Part shown: positions 1 to 8,549 of the stretch, piece after piece | Numbering within the stretch: position 1 is the first letter of the stretch | Layout: every line of letters starts with the position of its first letter | Source of the DNA: a bacterium | GTDB lineage: Bacteria; Auribacterota; UBA3054; JAAYZF01 | Assembly (NCBI GenBank): GCA_012514975.1 | Contig: JAAYZF010000122.1 | Location: 1-57,093, forward strand | Direction of reading: 5' to 3' | DNA length: 57,093 bases | The notes under the pieces: model-generated | The model's input: only the letters and a program-made list of their open reading frames with translations | What the model was told of the DNA's origin: nothing | The model's database searches: none | Program-made: the position numbers and the translations under genes

Positions 1-237
1 AGAGGGGATTGAAACGTGGGAAACAACTGATCCATCGGATTCGCCCGATAGATTGAAGACACCGCCCCGACTCAGAGGGGATTGAAACCCTTGGTGTGCA
101 CCTCCATCACCTTGCAGACGAATGATTGAAGACACCGCCCCGATTCAGAGGGGATTGAAACCTCACCACCGCTGGTACACTCATCGTCATCACTCCAGCA
201 ATTGAGAACCCACCCCGATTCAGGATCGGCATGCCGG
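1..237 (+). CRISPR. Distal end of a CRISPR array, truncated by the window start. Partial repeat 1-15; full 38-nt repeats 51-88 and 124-161 (GATTGAAGACACCGCCCCGA[C/T]TCAGAGGGGATTGAAAC); decayed terminal repeat about 200-237. Spacers 16-50, 89-123 and 162-199.
   Basis: The repeats were read directly. The two full copies differ at one position, and the partial copy at 1-15 matches the repeat 3' end. Spacers are unique, 35/35/38 nt. The last copy keeps only CCCCGATTCAG. The ATTGAAAC 3' end fits a Cas6-type 8-nt crRNA tag, which sets + orientation. Confidence 0.9.
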
Positions 238-525
238 GGTGGCCCACTGTGCCTTCACGGTCCCGGCCAAGATGTCCGTGCCACAAACAGAAGCATGGCG
301 CGGCACCTTCACCAGGGCGAGTTTCCCGTCATCCACGGTCTCGCGGGGTGTCATGCAACCTTCACTGCCGCAATCAGTTACACAACGCATATCATCCTTT
401 GGTTGATGCCATATCAACCAAAGGACTATGGAAAATCATCGTTTGGCTGATAGACACGCGGCGGGACATCTGCTACTGTAATCATTCCAGCGGCACACCG
501 TGAAACCCACGTGAGCGGATGCATA

Positions 526-966
526 ATGGCTTCACACACTCGAATCACCATCGCACCACGCACTCGGAAATGGCGGCCGCGCGGCGTCACGCTGACAGAA
601 GCGCTTGTCAGCACGGTGCTGATCGCGGCAATGCTTGGCGGGGCGTTTCGCGGCCTTGTAATGGGCCGCGCGCTGGCGACACGGGCCGCGCGGGCAATGA
701 CAGCCGACGCCATGGCGGTGGATGTGCTCGAGGGTTTCCTCGCACGGCCGTTCGCGGCGGTGACGCCAGTCACCGTGACGGGCGCATGGGGCGCCGTGTG
801 CAAGGCGGAGGTGCAGCAGGTCGCAAGCGCGTATGGCAATGCGAAACTGGTGGTTCTCGACCTGGAATGGCGGCAGGGCCTCTACACGCGGCGGCGCCAG
901 TACTGCACGGTGAAATCGGCTGAGTGCGACCAGTTTCTTCCGACGAATCTGTACATCATCCAATAG
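526..966 (+). CDS. Prepilin-type N-terminal cleavage/methylation domain protein (pseudopilin-like), 146 aa
   Basis: From ORF 511..966. The N-terminus ...RPRGVTLTEALVSTVLIAAMLGG has the G-x-T-L-x-E motif plus a hydrophobic helix, as in prepilin peptidase substrates. ATG 526 is preferred over GTG 511. It is the first gene of a tightly spaced 4-gene set. Confidence 0.7.
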   Translation: MASHTRITIAPRTRKWRPRGVTLTEALVSTVLIAAMLGGAFRGLVMGRALATRAARAMTADAMAVDVLEGFLARPFAAVTPVTVTGAWGAVCKAEVQQVASAYGNAKLVVLDLEWRQGLYTRRRQYCTVKSAECDQFLPTNLYIIQ

Positions 967-975
967 CGGCGCGGC

Positions 976-1482
976 ATGCGACACCATCAGGGATACACGT
1001 TGACGGAGCTTCTCGTGGCGTCTGCCGTTTCGGCGATGGCGCTGAGTGCGCTGATCGCGTTGTATCTCAACGGAAAGGCCGCGCTGCGCATGAGCGTGAC
1101 GCAGACGTGGGCGCAGCAACGTGCGTTGTCCGCACTGCACACCGTGGCTGAGCGGACGCGCCCTGCGTCACGATTCGAGGTGTATCCAGGCTATGCCCAG
1201 AGTTTTGTCTCGACGAGCCAGGTGGCGGCAGGGCGTTGTGTGAACCTGTACGGCGCGGGCTGGACGTCGAAATTCCACGTCGCGGGCGGGTGCCTGTGGC
1301 ACAACACGGTCGCCGGCCTGGCATCGAGCAACAGCCTTGCCGCGTCCGTCGGGCCTGCAACCGTGTTTTCCGCGGGATACCAGCGGCTGCACATGACGCT
1401 CATTCTCGTTGATCCGGCGGACACGAACCGGGAACTGGTGCGGATGCATTCGTCGTTCATGACGCGGAACAGCGGCATCTGA
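976..1482 (+). CDS. Prepilin-type N-terminal cleavage/methylation domain protein (pseudopilin-like), 168 aa
   Basis: The N-terminus MRHHQGYTLTELLVASAVSAMALSALIAL is a classic prepilin methylation motif. The gap to the upstream gene is 9 nt. Confidence 0.8.
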   Translation: MRHHQGYTLTELLVASAVSAMALSALIALYLNGKAALRMSVTQTWAQQRALSALHTVAERTRPASRFEVYPGYAQSFVSTSQVAAGRCVNLYGAGWTSKFHVAGGCLWHNTVAGLASSNSLAASVGPATVFSAGYQRLHMTLILVDPADTNRELVRMHSSFMTRNSGI

Positions 1483-1500
1483 GGGAGGCGCGGGAAGGAC

Positions 1501-3306
1501 ATGCGGGGGACGGCAGCGGGCACATGGCGGCATCGGGCGGAGCGGGGAACAGCGCTCTTCGCCTCGGTGCTCGTCCTCGCACTGACGCTCTCCGCGGGGC
1601 TCGCGGCGCTGCTCAAATGGTCGCTGGGCGGCTACCGCGCCGCGATCAACCGGACAGAGCGCAACCGCATGCTCTACGCGGCTGAAGCGGGGCTCCAGTT
1701 CAGCGTCGGCTACTTCCGCAGCCTCGAAACGCAGTTGCAGACCGTGCACGGCAGCATGGGCACGTGGAACAGCTACTGCGCGGACCTGTCGAACACGTTC
1801 GTGGCGGGCGTTGCGCCCCTGCTGCCGCAGGGGCTGGTGTGCGTGACGTACGAGGCGCTCGCCGTGTCGAAACGCCTGATCACCGTGCGCTCCGCGGTGA
1901 GCAACACGCATGACGGCAGCGTGCTCGAGGTGCGCCACAGCATCACAAACTCATTCATCTCTCCCTTCGAGCACCTGGTCTTCTACGGCGTCGATCTCGA
2001 AATCCATCCAGGGGCGCACATGACGCTGTGCGGGCCCGTGCGCTGCAACAACGCGCTCTACCTGGGCACGTGCGCATCGCTCAAATTCAAATCCCTGGTG
2101 CGCATCGGCGGCGAGATCTGGCACCGCGTCAAGGTCAAGAACAAGAAGCTCGATGCCGGGCCCATCTACTTCACCGATGCCGACGGCGACTACCAGCCCA
2201 TGGCCGTGCTGGACGACTGGCTGGACAACAGCCATCCGCACTGGCTCGTCGGGTCGCAGATACTGTGGAGCGGCAATGTCAAATCAAAGGACCATGGCGT
2301 CACCCCGCTTCTGCTCTCGATGCCGGTGACGGTGACGAACCATCTCGGCGAGGTCCAGCGCCTGCTCGTGGCGACCACGAATGCGCATATCCTGATCGAA
2401 CCGCCCGCGTCATCGAACGACACGTACAGCGCGAAATACTACAACAAGGCCGGCATGCGCATCCTCGAAGACGGCACCGTCCAGGGCGTCAGCAACGCCG
2501 TCATCACCGCGTACGGGAGCACGACAAACGTCGACCATGACTACGTCATAGGCCATGCGACCAACATGTCGTGGATCGTCACGACGAACCGCTTCTGGAA
2601 CACGCGCGAGCAGGCGTACATCAGGCCGCTGGACATCGACATCGCAAAGCTCGACACGTGGCTCGCGTCGTGCGCACTGCCGCTCGAGCTGACGCGGACG
2701 AACTCCGCGCGCTTTGGCGTCCTGTACGTCACGACGACCAACGCGCCCGGCAGGGCCGTGCGTCTGGCGAACGGCGCGCGCCTTCCCGACACGCTGCGCA
2801 ACAGGCTGACCGTCGCATCGCCCCGCCCAGTCTACGTCCTGGGCAACTTCAACACCGAGCTCAAGATCAATGGAAAGGTGACCTCGGGCACCAACGCGCC
2901 CGCAAGCATCGTCTCCGACGCGTTCACCGTCCTCTCGAAAAACTGGCGCGACAAGGACAACCAGTTCAACAACATGGAGCGCGCAAAACAAACCGAGGTC
3001 AATGCCGCCATCATGACCGGCATCGTTCCCACCGTGGATGCGCTCTACAGCGGCGGGCTCGAAAACTATCCCCGGTTCCTCGAGGACTGGAAGGGAGTGA
3101 AATTCACGTTCCGCGGCTCGATGGTCTGCCTGTGGCACAGTGTGTACGAGACCGGCTCGTGGCAGCCCACCGGCATCTACTACGAGGCGCCGAACCGCGA
3201 ATGGGAACACGAATCGCAGTTTAACGACCCTGGCGGGCAGCCGCCTGGCACGGTGCCGTACCTGCGGTTCTCCGTCGTGCCCGGCAGTTGGCGCCGGACG
3301 CGGTAG
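1501..3306 (+). CDS. Large PilX-N / GspK-like pilus-associated secreted protein, 601 aa
   Basis: The N-terminus ERGTALFASVLVLALTLSAGLAALL...RTERNRMLYAAEAGLQ resembles the PilX N-terminal anchor. The rest of the protein is unrecognised. The gap to the upstream gene is 18 nt. Confidence 0.6.
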   Translation: MRGTAAGTWRHRAERGTALFASVLVLALTLSAGLAALLKWSLGGYRAAINRTERNRMLYAAEAGLQFSVGYFRSLETQLQTVHGSMGTWNSYCADLSNTFVAGVAPLLPQGLVCVTYEALAVSKRLITVRSAVSNTHDGSVLEVRHSITNSFISPFEHLVFYGVDLEIHPGAHMTLCGPVRCNNALYLGTCASLKFKSLVRIGGEIWHRVKVKNKKLDAGPIYFTDADGDYQPMAVLDDWLDNSHPHWLVGSQILWSGNVKSKDHGVTPLLLSMPVTVTNHLGEVQRLLVATTNAHILIEPPASSNDTYSAKYYNKAGMRILEDGTVQGVSNAVITAYGSTTNVDHDYVIGHATNMSWIVTTNRFWNTREQAYIRPLDIDIAKLDTWLASCALPLELTRTNSARFGVLYVTTTNAPGRAVRLANGARLPDTLRNRLTVASPRPVYVLGNFNTELKINGKVTSGTNAPASIVSDAFTVLSKNWRDKDNQFNNMERAKQTEVNAAIMTGIVPTVDALYSGGLENYPRFLEDWKGVKFTFRGSMVCLWHSVYETGSWQPTGIYYEAPNREWEHESQFNDPGGQPPGTVPYLRFSVVPGSWRRTR

Positions 3307-3326
3307 CGCGACGGGAGGCGGCACGC

Positions 3327-3926
3327 ATGCACCAGCACATGTCATCCGTGGTATTCGCGCCCGGCGCGCTGCTGTGCGCCGCGGCGCTCATCGCATCAGC
3401 AGTGACGGTGTCTGAGAAGCACTACAGGGGCGACGGCGGCACGACGGTCTACCCGCTCTACATCAACGGCCACTGCCGTTTCGTCTTCATCACGCCCGAA
3501 GGCTGGACGCTCGACACGGCGCCTGGAGGCGGCCGCGCGCTGCTTCTCTCGCCCGCGGCGACCAATGCCGTCTCGCTCGTCGTCGAGAACACCCCCGTGA
3601 GTGTCGCCGAGCGCGCAATCGAACAGTGGCGCATCGACGATTTCAAGAAACAGCTTGGCGCCGGGCGGATGTTTGCCATCGAGCGCGAACGCGTCTGGCC
3701 GGTCGACCAGACGCGCGGCTGGCAGGTGTGGGGCGCGGACGCGGTGGTCGAGTACACGGCCAGCGGCATGCCGCGCACGAACCTCTTCATCGAGCGCCAT
3801 TCATACCACATCAAGTTCGGCTACCTGCACCACGTGTGGTTCCGCGCGCCCGAAGCATTGGCGACGGCCTACCAAGCCGTGTTCGACTTCGCGTGTCAGC
3901 ACTATCTCGCGGACGACGGGCAGTGA
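3327..3926 (+). CDS. Hypothetical membrane-anchored protein, 199 aa
   Basis: From ORF 3288..3926. ATG 3327 is preceded by GGGAGG at 3313-3318. The N-terminal hydrophobic segment is VVFAPGALLCAAALIASAV. It is the last gene of the pilin-like operon. No family was recognised. Confidence 0.5.
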   Translation: MHQHMSSVVFAPGALLCAAALIASAVTVSEKHYRGDGGTTVYPLYINGHCRFVFITPEGWTLDTAPGGGRALLLSPAATNAVSLVVENTPVSVAERAIEQWRIDDFKKQLGAGRMFAIERERVWPVDQTRGWQVWGADAVVEYTASGMPRTNLFIERHSYHIKFGYLHHVWFRAPEALATAYQAVFDFACQHYLADDGQ

Positions 3927-3962
3927 CTGCGGCCTGGCGGCGCGAGTGCCGAGATTGATGAT

Positions 3963-5000
3963 TCATGGTGATGCGGCTTGACTGCGGGAAGACCCGGCGC
4001 CGGGAGCCAGGCGGGCGCGTTTCTCGTCAATGAGCTTGCGCATGATGCGCGTGGCATGCGCCTTCATTGACTGGCTGCCATTCCAGTGTGCGGGCGGGCG
4101 TGCATCCCAACTCGCGAGAATCTCTTCGAGGACATCCGGCGCGAGCGCGTTCGTGGCGGCTTTCCACACACCTTGCTGTTGGTCGCGCAAGCTTTGGATC
4201 GGGCAGTTAAGCGCCCAGTCGCGTGCGTGCCCGGGATAACTGTCGGGATCAAGGGCAACATAGCGCGGCACCGGCTCTGAACCCGTTTTGCTGACCAGTT
4301 CACTGTAGAGCGCGTTGTGGAGAAGGACGTTCGAGTAGGCGTACGGCCACGGGCCAAGGAGCGCACCCATGCACAGCCGCGCGGTCTGGACGTTGGTGGA
4401 ATAGTGGTCTTCCCGCGTCAGGCCATCCAACGGAAAAAACCATCTGCGCGCACCTTCCGCCAGCACCGTGCGGAACGCCGGATTAGTGGCCTGTTCGATA
4501 ATGATGCCAAGGCCGCAGAGGTTATGCTCTCCTGTGACGATTGCCGAGCAATCAATGGTGAAACGGAGGAAATCCAGGAGATTGGACGGCGGGACGATGC
4601 CCGCGGAAAGGCCTGCATTCAGGTTGCTGAGCACCAGCGGATAAGTGTGTGCATAGCGGGCTATGTTTGTGCAGTAGAATTCGATGGCAGCCGGAGTGAA
4701 CGGGCCATGGTGCGCGGGATTGGGTGATTCACGGAAGAGCTTCGGAGCGGGAGGCTGGTCGTGAGGTGAGGTGCGAACAGACGGGCCGGACTTCGTGCTC
4801 TGCGCCGGCCCGTGCTCTGCGAGCGGGGGCGCGGACGCCGGAGTGGATTCCTCCTTGATGCCCTCCGGCCGTGCGGGCAGCGGCGTTGCGACAGGCCCTT
4901 GTTCGCCCTGCGCAGGCCGCCAATGGACCAGAATGGCCACGCTTGCGACGACGGCAGAAGCCAGAAGGCAGACGGCTGTGAGAAGTCTCTTTTCATTCAT
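3963..5000 (-). CDS. Hypothetical signal-anchored protein with a Pro-rich linker, 345 aa
   Basis: The N-terminus MNEKRLLTAVCLLASAVVASVAILV is followed by a Pro/Ala/Ser-rich linker and a ~230-aa C-terminal domain of unrecognised family. Confidence 0.55.
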   Translation of the reverse strand: MNEKRLLTAVCLLASAVVASVAILVHWRPAQGEQGPVATPLPARPEGIKEESTPASAPPLAEHGPAQSTKSGPSVRTSPHDQPPAPKLFRESPNPAHHGPFTPAAIEFYCTNIARYAHTYPLVLSNLNAGLSAGIVPPSNLLDFLRFTIDCSAIVTGEHNLCGLGIIIEQATNPAFRTVLAEGARRWFFPLDGLTREDHYSTNVQTARLCMGALLGPWPYAYSNVLLHNALYSELVSKTGSEPVPRYVALDPDSYPGHARDWALNCPIQSLRDQQQGVWKAATNALAPDVLEEILASWDARPPAHWNGSQSMKAHATRIMRKLIDEKRARLAPGAGSSRSQAASP

Positions 5001-5231
5001 GACACGCCAGAGCAGCGCCCAGGAGCATCGTCTTCATAGTGCCCTCCCGGCCCGTTGTTATCCGCGTGCGATAGCCGCACTGTTCTGTGCGCGTGCGACG
5101 CGTGTTCACAACGTATACGCCGAAAAGGCGTTTTTCTTGCACTCCGGTCCTACGCAATGCCGCATCGTCCCGTACATGGGGACCGGGATGTCCCTCGGGC
5201 ACGGCATCGGGACAGGGATGTCCCTCCTACA

Positions 5232-6659
5232 CTATCTGAACTCGATGTCCTTCGCCTGCTTGACGTGCAGGTCGAGCTGGTCGCCGCACATCACTCTCTC
5301 ATCATCGAGATAGACATCCTCGAACACGACGCCTTCAACCGTGTGTTCAGCGTTGTAGCCGCCGATGAGCGACGTCGAATAGCCGGCGTTGTACGGGCTT
5401 TGCTTCACACGTACGTTCTTCAGGTGCACGGTGCGAATCTGGCCGCGTTGCGGGTCGCGGTTGTAGCGCGAGCGCATGACGCGGAAATCGACGAGGTGGG
5501 CATAGTAATGATCCACGCGGATGTTCTCGTAGCGCACATCGCTGACGATCGCGCGGTCGCCTGCGCGGATGGACATGGCGGCGCCGTGCCCGTGCACGGC
5601 GAGGATGTCGCAATCGCGGAACGTGATGTTCCTCACCGAGGCCGTGCGGAGCTCGTGGCCGATCTCGAGCGCGCTGCCGCAATCCATCACCAGCAGCGAG
5701 CAGCCGTTGACGACGATATTGTCGATGTCCGTGTTCCATCCGTCGGCCGCATGGACATCGATGGCCTTGATGACAATCGCGTCGTCGCCCGTGCAGAGGA
5801 AGCAGCGCTCGATCAGCACGTCGGTGCAGCTCACGACGTCAATGCCATCCGACCCGCCGCCGCGGGTGATCTCGCGCAGGCCGGAGATACGCACGCCGCG
5901 GCATGAATCCATGCGGCACGTCCAGCGGGACGGGTCGATGATGGTGATGCCTTCAATGACAACGTCCTCGCAGTGTTCGAGAAGGATGGGATGGCGCGCG
6001 GTGCCTTTGCCCCGCTTGAAGAAGCTCCCGTCAAGCACGCCCTGGCCGGCGATGCGGATGCCGCGCGCGTCACGTGCGTGGATGCAGCCGCGGAGCACTG
6101 CGCCCGCCTCGATGTACACCGTTTCGCCGCTGCCGATCTCGATCTCGCCCGCTTCGTGCACGCGGCCCGCGGCGAAGTAATGCACGCGCGGCTGCCCCGG
6201 CGTCACGTCCGGCTGCTCGTGCCCGGAGCAGAAGATGAACAATGCGGGCCGGTCATCCAGCTCGAGCAGCACATCCATCGGCCGCTCGATGGTGAAGCGG
6301 ATTGACGCGCCATCCACCTCGGGCACAATGCCGAGGCGAAGAGGCTTGACGGCAGCCTTGGCGAAATGGACGCCTTCGACGTTCACTTCGATGCGCACGG
6401 GCCCGGCGGCCGAGCAGGCAGTAAATGGCAGTGTCGCGCTCTGGAAGACGAAGAGCGCGTGTCCGTTCGCCGTGGCTGCAAGGAATTTCGCACGCGGGGA
6501 TTCCTGCGTGAACGGATGGGGAAAGACCTCTGGTGCGGCGTGGGCTGAATCTGCGCTCATTAGACTGGATACCAGTGGTTCAATCTGCTGCCGTGTGCAC
6601 CGTGCACAGAGCGGGACACATTGTACCAAAACGCATTTTTTGCCGCATGCGAAAGCCAT
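5232..6659 (-). CDS. Glycoside hydrolase family 28 (polygalacturonase-like, right-handed beta-helix)
   Basis: GH28 signature blocks are present: GGGSDGIDV, CTGDDAIVIKA, AVHGHGAAMSIR and RYENIRV. The start is uncertain; ATG 6560 (MSADSAH...) is an alternative to 6659. Confidence 0.85.
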   Translation of the reverse strand: MAFACGKKCVLVQCVPLCARCTRQQIEPLVSSLMSADSAHAAPEVFPHPFTQESPRAKFLAATANGHALFVFQSATLPFTACSAAGPVRIEVNVEGVHFAKAAVKPLRLGIVPEVDGASIRFTIERPMDVLLELDDRPALFIFCSGHEQPDVTPGQPRVHYFAAGRVHEAGEIEIGSGETVYIEAGAVLRGCIHARDARGIRIAGQGVLDGSFFKRGKGTARHPILLEHCEDVVIEGITIIDPSRWTCRMDSCRGVRISGLREITRGGGSDGIDVVSCTDVLIERCFLCTGDDAIVIKAIDVHAADGWNTDIDNIVVNGCSLLVMDCGSALEIGHELRTASVRNITFRDCDILAVHGHGAAMSIRAGDRAIVSDVRYENIRVDHYYAHLVDFRVMRSRYNRDPQRGQIRTVHLKNVRVKQSPYNAGYSTSLIGGYNAEHTVEGVVFEDVYLDDERVMCGDQLDLHVKQAKDIEFR

Positions 6660-6778
6660 TGCAGAAATGCGATGATTTGGGGTGATTGCCGCACAATGCG
6701 AAACGGCTAAGTATTTGAAAATAAGGTTGTTAGTGCCACTACATTAAGTATGGTACGCGAGGTGCCCTTTGCGCTTGC

Positions 6779-8245
6779 ATGATGGCAAAGGGAAAAAAGC
6801 GGACGTGCAAAGGTCAAGCAAAAGCCTTTTCTCCCTGTTTTCCGAGCCAAAAACAGATTATTTTCGCATTTCTGCGCATTTTTCTCGCCGCTCTTTGCGC
6901 CCTGTCCTTCAGCAGCGCCGCCGTACGCGCAGCCGACCACGCATTTTCATTGCCGGTGGTGACGCGATGGATGGAGCCGAACGGGCAGCCGAAGCCGGTG
7001 CATGAGGCGCCTGTGAGCAGCGGCGCCAGGCGGATCACGGTGTTGCGTCCGGCGGTGGTGTTCTCGGACGGCGCAGCGCAGCCGCGCGTGGCGGTGGTGG
7101 TGCACAGCAATATACTCGGCGCGGTGCGCGCACGCATTGACACGTACGAGGCCGACCTCGAGGCGGCGGGGTTCACGGCGGTGCGCGTCGTGTACGCAGA
7201 CGGTTCCGCCGCGGATGTGCGGGACGTGCTCAAGGGGCTGTACGATGAGGCGGGCGCGCTGGCCGGCGCAGTGCTGGTGGGCAACATTCCGCACATCATC
7301 TACGAACAGATGCAGGACTGGGACGGAGAGGGAGGCGCGCCGGCGCAGTACGAAGACTACCCCTGCGACCTGTTCTACATGGACTTGGATGGCACGTGGA
7401 CCGACTGCACGAGCAACGGGCTTGTGCAGCCGGCAAACGGCAAATACGATACTCGCGCGGGCAATCTTGACCTTGAGATCTGGGTGTGCCGGATAAAGAC
7501 GGACACACTTCCCGCGCAGGGCGGGGAAGCGGCGCTCGTGGCGGGGTACTTCGAGAAGAACCACAGGTATCGCTCGAAGGAACTCGCCACGGAGCGCCGC
7601 GCTCTTGTCTACAACGACGACGATTGGGCCTGCATCGCCGGCGCGGATGCGGCCAACGCCTCGATGCTTTACGAATCGTCGGCGATCACCATTGTCGCGA
7701 GCAACGAGCAGACAACGGTTCCCGATTACAAGCAGAACGGCATGGCCGCGTCATACGAGCTGGTCTCGCTCCGCTCGCACGGCTATTATGCCGGGCACGG
7801 ATTCTACAGCGATGACCGCTCGCAGTTCGGGTTTGTGTACCCGGCTGACTACAGGGCGTTGCAGCCGCGCGCGCTGTTCTATTCACTGTTCGTCTGCTCA
7901 GGCGCCGACTTTACGCGGGACAACTACCTGGCCGGCTCGATCAGCATGAACAGCGGCGACGCCGGCCTCGTCTGCTGGGGCAGCACGAAAACTGGCGGCA
8001 TGTTCAATGAATTCCCCTTCTACCAGGAACTCTCAATGCAGACCGTCGTCGGCGAGGCATTCCGCCAGTGGTTCAACTATATGCAGGCCACGCTGGACCA
8101 GCCGACGTGCGAGACGTGGCTCTACGGGATGGCGCTGATAGGCGATGCGGCAGCGATACCGGCGGCGCACACTCCTGAACCTGCGGCGGGTATCCTGGCC
8201 TCGGCGGGCATGGTGCTGGTCCGGCGGCGCATGGCCCGGGGCTGA
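6779..8245 (+). CDS. Secreted PEP-CTERM protein, possible clan CD (C25/gingipain-like) cysteine peptidase fold, 488 aa
   Basis: The signal-like N-terminus is IIFAFLRIFLAALCALSFSSAAVRA. The block VLVGNIPH is followed by LRSHGYYAGHG and then FVCSGADF, a His-Gly ... Cys dyad pattern. The C-terminus TPEPAAGILASAGMVLVRRRMARG is a PEP-CTERM sorting tail. Confidence 0.55.
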   Translation: MMAKGKKRTCKGQAKAFSPCFPSQKQIIFAFLRIFLAALCALSFSSAAVRAADHAFSLPVVTRWMEPNGQPKPVHEAPVSSGARRITVLRPAVVFSDGAAQPRVAVVVHSNILGAVRARIDTYEADLEAAGFTAVRVVYADGSAADVRDVLKGLYDEAGALAGAVLVGNIPHIIYEQMQDWDGEGGAPAQYEDYPCDLFYMDLDGTWTDCTSNGLVQPANGKYDTRAGNLDLEIWVCRIKTDTLPAQGGEAALVAGYFEKNHRYRSKELATERRALVYNDDDWACIAGADAANASMLYESSAITIVASNEQTTVPDYKQNGMAASYELVSLRSHGYYAGHGFYSDDRSQFGFVYPADYRALQPRALFYSLFVCSGADFTRDNYLAGSISMNSGDAGLVCWGSTKTGGMFNEFPFYQELSMQTVVGEAFRQWFNYMQATLDQPTCETWLYGMALIGDAAAIPAAHTPEPAAGILASAGMVLVRRRMARG

Positions 8246-8490
8246 GCACTGGGCGCCAACGGTGTCATCTCGCCCGTGCCGGCTCGATGGCCGTTCCGGA
8301 CACGTTTGATGAAGCGCTGAAGGTGCGTCAGGGTTGTGCGGCTTGCCTGGCGCGTCTTCAGTGCTCGTTCTTCCTGCGCAGCCTGGCGGTCTGCCCGGCC
8401 CGTTCCTCAAACCTTCCCAACCGCCCTGCCGGGCGCATTGCCCGCATCCTCCATCACACCGCTCTCTGCCAGCCGTGTTTTCACGTTTTT

Positions 8491-8499
8491 TGGTATAAT
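8491..8499 (+). promoter_or_regulatory. Extended -10 promoter element TGGTATAAT upstream of the 8550 gene
   Basis: This AT-rich TGnTATAAT motif sits in GC-rich DNA 51 nt upstream of ATG 8550, which has an AGGAG Shine-Dalgarno 6 nt upstream. No good -35 was seen. Confidence 0.5.
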
Positions 8500-8549
8500 C
8501 TACTACGTTGGGGAACATCGGCCAGTATGAACCATACCAGGAGCGCAAC

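Noticed and set aside
220-503. Short ORFs (65-90 aa, both strands) right after the CRISPR array, considered as cas remnants or small array-associated proteins
   Set aside because: They have no recognisable Cas or other motifs, the frames overlap on both strands, and there is no SD. The region is treated as non-coding.
5113-5140. Hairpin ACGCC-GAAAA-GGCGT followed by TTTTTCTT on the + strand, considered as an intrinsic terminator
   Set aside because: The stem is only 5 bp, and no + strand gene ends upstream of it (both flanking genes are on the minus strand). It is likely fortuitous.
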